A stretch of DNA of 64,000 nt from a virus. Every line of letters begins with the position of its first letter. The first letter of the stretch is position 1. Where the stretch lies: IMG/VR virus record IMGVR_UViG_3300014775_001776, positions 32,001 through 96,000 of that record; one strand, written 5' to 3'. A model generated the notes under the pieces. That model did no database searches. It was not told the origin of the DNA and saw only the letters and a list, made by a program, of their open reading frames with translations. A program made the translations under genes and the position numbers. Shown here in pieces: positions 59,615-64,000 of this stretch.

Positions 59615-62600
59615 ATGTCAGGATTTAAATTAGGTCAAAAAGTATTATTGAGTAATGGTTCTCAAGTTGAAATAGAAAATATTCAACTTGGGGACCAATT
59701 ATTTTCTTTTGATATACCCGAAATCGTTGTCGGTAAAGATTTCCGTGACATTACTTTTCCATCTATAGATGTTGAAAATGTAAGAACCCCTGAGGTAGTT
59801 GAGGTCTACCAAAATGAGGGTAACTATATCCAAATTAATGATTTGGGTTTAATTGATGAGTATGTCTTAGCTTATCACAAACAATCAAAACAATATCAAT
59901 TTGTTCACACCACAGATTTACTTGTTGGTGGATATTATGATATGGTTAGATATGTGGAGGGTGATATTGTCCACGAGGAGGTTGTCAGTAAAGAAATTGT
60001 ATATTCTTTTGACCCTCTTTATAACTTAAGTCTTACTAAACCTAACTACTATGTTTTGGATGGTTATATCGTCCATAACGTAGGTTATGCTTGTATTTCA
60101 CCATGTGACCCCGCATTAACCCAAGTGGCGTGTATACAAAACGTATATGGTTTTACCACTGGAAATGCTTTTATTGATAATCTTAATGTTTGTTGGGAGG
60201 TAATAAGTGTAGGACCTTGTGAGGGATGTTCTGCTAACGTATCATTTATTGGTAGTGTGGTGTCCACTTTTGAAAACTGTGATGGTTGTAGAGGTGGTGG
60301 AGAGCCGGTGCCTTTTGACCCTGAGAATCCTGAAAATCCTTATGATATTGGTAATGCAGAAGACCCTTGTTGTGTTTATCTAATTGCTTGTAGTGATATT
60401 GACCCTGGTGCTTGTGCAGAGTGTTCATATACTCTGAATCAACAATATGTTACCATTAACAATTTAACTCCGTGTCCAAATGCTGGTCAGGTTGTTAAGT
60501 TAGATACTTGTGATAACTGTTGTTATTTCATTGAGGGAGTGGTTCCTAACTGTACTCCTGTTGCCACTTGTGATGCTACGGTATATGAAACGTGTACTGA
60601 GTGTTGTAATGCTGCACCACCTGAGTCACCGACCCCAACACCTACTCGTACTCCAACTCGTACTCCATCTCCAACACCTACTAAGACTCCGACTCCCACA
60701 CCAACACCTGCGGTTGATAAGTATTTAATGGCTAATTGTTGTGATGAGAATGATACAATAATTCTTTCTGTACAATCTGGTACTGTAATTTATCAGGGTG
60801 ATGGTGTTATTAACCCATTAGGTAATAATAAGTGTTATTATGTTGTAAACTCTTCAACAGGCACTCCGGATGCATTTGTTGATGCGGGTAGTTGGATTGA
60901 GCAGATATGTGATTATCCTGAATGTCCTACATGTCCTTCACCTACACCAACCCCGACTAAAACGGTAACGCCTTCACCTACTCGTACCCCAACTAATACT
61001 CCTACTGCGTCTGTTACTCGTACTCCTACGAATACTCCGACCAACACGGTAACTCCTTCTATAACTAGAACCCCAACAAATACGCCAACCGCATCGGTAA
61101 CGAGAACCCCAACCGTTACTCCAACAAATACGGTTACACCATCTATTACTAGAACTCCTACAAATACTCCTACTGCGTCTGTTACTCCTTCTGTTACTGC
61201 CTCAGTTACTCCATCACAAACCGCAGCGGTTACACCTACAAATACGCCGACAAATACGGTCACTCCGTCAATCACACGTACCCCAACGAATACTCCAACA
61301 TCATCGGTAACTCCATCGGTGACTAGGACGCCAACAGTAACTCCGTCTATCACTCGTACACCGACTAATACTCCTACTAGTACGGTAACACCATCTATTA
61401 CACGTACTCCAACGAATACGCCGACACCTTCTATCACCCCAACGAACACCCCAACACCATCTATTACGCCTTCTGTAACTAGAACACCAACTAATACTCC
61501 TACGAGTACGGTCACTCCTTCTATTACTAGAACACCTACGAATACTCCAACCCCGTCAATTACGCCAACTAACACTCCAACTAACACTGTTACTCCTTCA
61601 ATCACAAGGACGCCAACTAATACGCCGACCAGTACCGTAACACCATCTATTACTCGTACTCCGACTAATACTCCAACACCGTCAATAACCCCTACAAATA
61701 CTCCCACGAATACAGTTACTCCTTCAATCACAAGGACACCGACAAATACACCAACGTCAACTGTAACTCCTTCTATCACTAGAACACCAACTAATACTCC
61801 AACGGCTTCGGTTACCCCTACTCATACGCCGACAAATACGGTTACCCCATCTATCACTCGTACACCAACGAATACACCAACTGCGTCTATCACTCCGTCC
61901 AACACTGTAACCCCAACGGTTACTCCATCTATTACTCGTACTCCTACAAATACACCTACGGCGTCTGTTACTGCAACTCCAACTGAGACCCCGACAAACA
62001 CGCCAACAAATACGGTAACTCCGTCAATTACTCGCACCCCTACAAATACACCAACGGCATCTGTAACACCATCTGTTACTGCTTCGGTAACACCTTCTCA
62101 GACCGCTGCGGTTACACCAACGAATACCCCGACAAATACTGTTACTCCTTCAATTACTCGCACACCAACAAACACACCTACATCTACGGTAACACCTTCT
62201 ATTACCAGAACACCAACTAATACTCCAACGGCATCTGTAACTCCAACAAATACTGTAACACCATCTATAACTCGTACACCAACGAATACTCCTACGGCGT
62301 CTGTTACTCCATCTGTTACTGCTTCGGTAACTCCGTCTCAGACTGCCGCAGTTACTCCTACAAATACGCCAACGAACACAGTTACACCTTCAATTACTAG
62401 AACACCAACCAATACTCCAACTGCTTCAGTTACACCATCTAATACTGTAACCCCATCTATAACTCGTACTCCTACTTATACTCCAACTTCTACTGTAACT
62501 CCTTCTATTACTCGTACACCTACCAATACTCCGACAGCATCTGTAACTGCTTCGGTTACTCCGTCTGTTACCCCAACTGAAACTCCTACGAATACTCCAA

Positions 62601-64000
62601 CAGCATCTGTTACACCATCACAGACGGCTGCGGTTACTCCTACAAACACACCTACATCTACGGTAACACCATCATTGACTAGAACTCCAACTAATACTCC
62701 AACTGCGTCAGTAACTGCAACACCTACGAATACTCCTACGAATACGGTTACACCGTCAATCACTCGTACTCCGACAAACACTCCAACTGCGTCTGTAACG
62801 GCATCGGTAACGCCATCAGTAACTCCAACTGAAACACCAACTAATACACCTACTGCGTCAGTGACTCCGTCACAAACGGCTGCGGTTACTCCGACAAATA
62901 CTCCTACATCAACAGTTACTCCATCAATCACTCGTACTCCGACAAACACACCAACGGCATCAGTAACTGCGACACCTACTAATACGCCGACATCAACGGT
63001 AACGCCTTCTATTACTAGAACCCCGACATATACACCGACTGCTTCAGTAACGGCTTCGGTTACTCCATCTATTACTCCTACTGAAACCCCAACACAGACT
63101 CCAACGAATACTGTTACTCCGTCTATCACTCCAACTGAAACTCCGACTAACACTCCTACGGCTTCAGTTACACCATCGGTAACTCCAACGGAGACGCCAA
63201 CGAACACTCCAACTGCATCTGTTACTCCATCTCAAACTGCGGCAGTTACACCAACAAACACTTCTACTCCGACAAATACTCCTACATCAACTGTAACACC
63301 AACACAAACGGTAACTCCTTCAAATACTGTTACTCCAACATTCACGCCGACAAATACAATAACCCCTACAAACACGGTAACTCCGTCTAATACTGTTACT
63401 CCAACATTTACTCCAACAGCATCAGTCACCCCATCTGTAACACCAACCGAAACGCCAACTAATACGCCAACCGCATCGGTAACACCATCGGTAACGCCAA
63501 CTGAGACCCCAACGAATACTCCAACAGCATCTGTAACACCATCTCAGACTGCAGCGGTTACACCTACTAATACACCAACATCGACTGTAACACCTACTGC
63601 GACGGTTACACCAACCAATACGGTAACACCTTCAAATACGGTAACTCCGACTTACACTCCAACTAATACGATTACCCCTACAAATACGGTAACTCCATCG
63701 AATACCGTGACACCTACCTTTACACCTACCGCTTCTGTTACTCCGACAGAAACACCAACTCAAACGCCAACAAATACTCCAACTGCGAGTGTCACTCCTT
63801 CTATTACTCCAACAGAGACACCAACAAATACTCCTACCGCATCTGTTACACCATCTCAGACTGCTCAGGTTACTCCTACGAATACACCGACATCTACGAT
63901 TACTCCAACGGTTACTTCATCGGTAACACCAACTGAAACGCCAACACAGACTCCAACTAACACTCCAACTGCGTCAGTGACCCCTTCACAGACAGCCGCA
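59615..64000 (+). CDS. Giant mucin-like protein with an N-terminal Hint (intein-like) domain; 3' truncated, at least 1462 aa; absent from the supplied ORF track
   Basis: Translated by hand through about 61000 (remainder checked for frame at the window end): [31 protein letters not shown]...[21 protein letters not shown](155)-VGYAC..., about 3 Cys-rich modules, then Thr/Pro repeat ending in frame at nt 64000 (...TPSQTAA). Confidence 0.85.
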   Translation, partial: MSGFKLGQKVLLSNGSQVEIENIQLGDQLFSFDIPEIVVGKDFRDITFPSIDVENVRTPEVVEVYQNEGNYIQINDLGLIDEYVLAYHKQSKQYQFVHTTDLLVGGYYDMVRYVEGDIVHEEVVSKEIVYSFDPLYNLSLTKPNYYVLDGYIVHNVGYACISPCDPALTQVACIQNVYGFTTGNAFIDNLNVCWEVISVGPCEGCSANVSFIGSVVSTFENCDGCRGGGEPVPFDPENPENPYDIGNAEDPCCVYLIACSDIDPGACAECSYTLNQQYVTINNLTPCPNAGQVVKLDTCDNCCYFIEGVVPNCTPVATCDATVYETCTECCNAAPPESPTPTPTRTPTRTPSPTPTKTPTPTPTPAVDKYLMANCCDENDTIILSVQSGTVIYQGDGVINPLGNNKCYYVVNSSTGTPDAFVDAGSWIEQICDYPECPTCPSPTPTPTKTVTPSPTRTPTNTPTASVTRTPTNTPTNTVTPSITRTPTNTPTASVTRTPTVTPTNTVTPSITRTPTNTPTASVTPSVTASVTPSQTAAVTPTNTPTNTVTPSITRTPTNTPTSSVTPSVTRTPTVTPSITRTPTNTPTSTVTPSITRTPTNTPTPSITPTNTPTPSITPSVTRTPTNTPTSTVTPSITRTPTNTPTPSITPTNTPTNTVTPSITRTPTNTPTSTVTPSITRTPTNTPTPSITPTNTPTNTVTPSITRTPTNTPTSTVTPSITRTPTNTPTASVTPTHTPTNTVTPSITRTPTNTPTASITPSNTVTPTVTPSITRTPTNTPTASVTATPTETPTNTPTNTVTPSITRTPTNTPTASVTPSVTASVTPSQTAAVTPTNTPTNTVTPSITRTPTNTPTSTVTPSITRTPTNTPTASVTPTNTVTPSITRTPTNTPTASVTPSVTASVTPSQTAAVTPTNTPTNTVTPSITRTPTNTPTASVTPSNTVTPSITRTPTYTPTSTVTPSITRTPTNTPTASVTASVTPSVTPTETPTNTPTASVTPSQTAAVTPTNTPTSTVTPSLTRTPTNTPTASVTATPTNTPTNTVTPSITRTPTNTPTASVTASVTPSVTPTETPTNTPTASVTPSQTAAVTPTNTPTSTVTPSITRTPTNTPTASVTATPTNTPTSTVTPSITRTPTYTPTASVTASVTPSITPTETPTQTPTNTVTPSITPTETPTNTPTASVTPSVTPTETPTNTPTASVTPSQTAAVTPTNTSTPTNTPTSTVTPTQTVTPSNTVTPTFTPTNTITPTNTVTPSNTVTPTFTPTASVTPSVTPTETPTNTPTASVTPSVTPTETPTNTPTASVTPSQTAAVTPTNTPTSTVTPTATVTPTNTVTPSNTVTPTYTPTNTITPTNTVTPSNTVTPTFTPTASVTPTETPTQTPTNTPTASVTPSITPTETPTNTPTASVTPSQTAQVTPTNTPTSTITPTVTSSVTPTETPTQTPTNTPTASVTPSQTAA
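60935..64000 (+). repeat. About 1020-codon Thr/Ser-Pro mucin-like tract (units such as [16 protein letters not shown])
   Basis: Composed almost entirely of T, P, S, V, A, N, I, R with some E/Q; synonymous codons are scrambled, so DNA copies are imperfect. Confidence 0.9.

Noticed and set aside
59615-60082. Mobile splicing intein or homing endonuclease
   Set aside because: No LAGLIDADG/HNH insert, no position-1 nucleophile, no TxxH, and Val at +1, so it cannot splice by the canonical route; kept only as a C-cleaving Hint.
60913-63429. Minus-strand ORFs rich in VGV/VTV/EGV (also 26173-26391, 28207-28515, 30310-30531, 35377-35634, 52318-53595)
   Set aside because: Antisense shadows of Thr/Pro codons (ACN/CCN read as Val/Gly on the other strand); the + strand frame is the real gene.
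1-64000. Stop-codon reassignment (none of the accepted genes ends in TAG)
   Set aside because: Genes up to 11 kb are uninterrupted in the standard code and no gene appears broken at TAG or TGA; TAG rarity is expected at this AT content.
60935-64000. CRISPR array, or ice-binding TxT beta-solenoid
   Set aside because: Repeats are in-frame and codon-degenerate with no constant repeat/unique spacer structure; the very high Pro content is incompatible with a beta-solenoid.
1-64000. tRNA, rRNA or structured ncRNA genes
   Set aside because: Intergenic gaps are all under about 95 nt, AT-rich, and show only terminator hairpins; no cloverleaf signatures seen.

Overview
AT-rich, very dense 64 kb segment in which every credible gene lies on the + strand. 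It reads as part of a large myovirus-type (jumbo/huge) phage genome. A Bacteroidota/Flavobacteriia host is inferred from the class Id-type ribonucleotide reductase with an ATP-cone on NrdB, the SprB repeats and the lack of Shine-Dalgarno sites. Layout: end of a baseplate-hub-like gene (<1-1154); replication module (gp32-like SSB, RecA/UvsX-like, 5'-3' exonuclease, DnaB-like helicase, nrdB, nrdA; 2113-9924); baseplate genes (gp25-like, gp6/J-like, P2 gpI-like and others; 9984-25367); then about 38 kb of giant putative virion appendage genes. The giant proteins are built from Thr/Pro mucin-like stalks and roughly 45 copies of a small Cys-rich module, plus vWA, SprB and three metzincin protease domains. 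Two glycosyltransferase genes sit inside this array: a GT60-type polypeptide GlcNAc-transferase homologue and an HtrL/YibB + GT2-like fusion. They are followed by an ORF missing from the supplied track (59615 to the window end). It begins with a non-splicing Hint domain that retains only the C-terminal cleavage residues and continues into more than 1000 residues of Thr/Ser-Pro repeat. The best candidate for a new system is phage-encoded mucin-type O-glycosylation of giant virion fibres, with autoproteolytic and metalloprotease accessories. All domain calls come from motif recognition by eye, not database searches.
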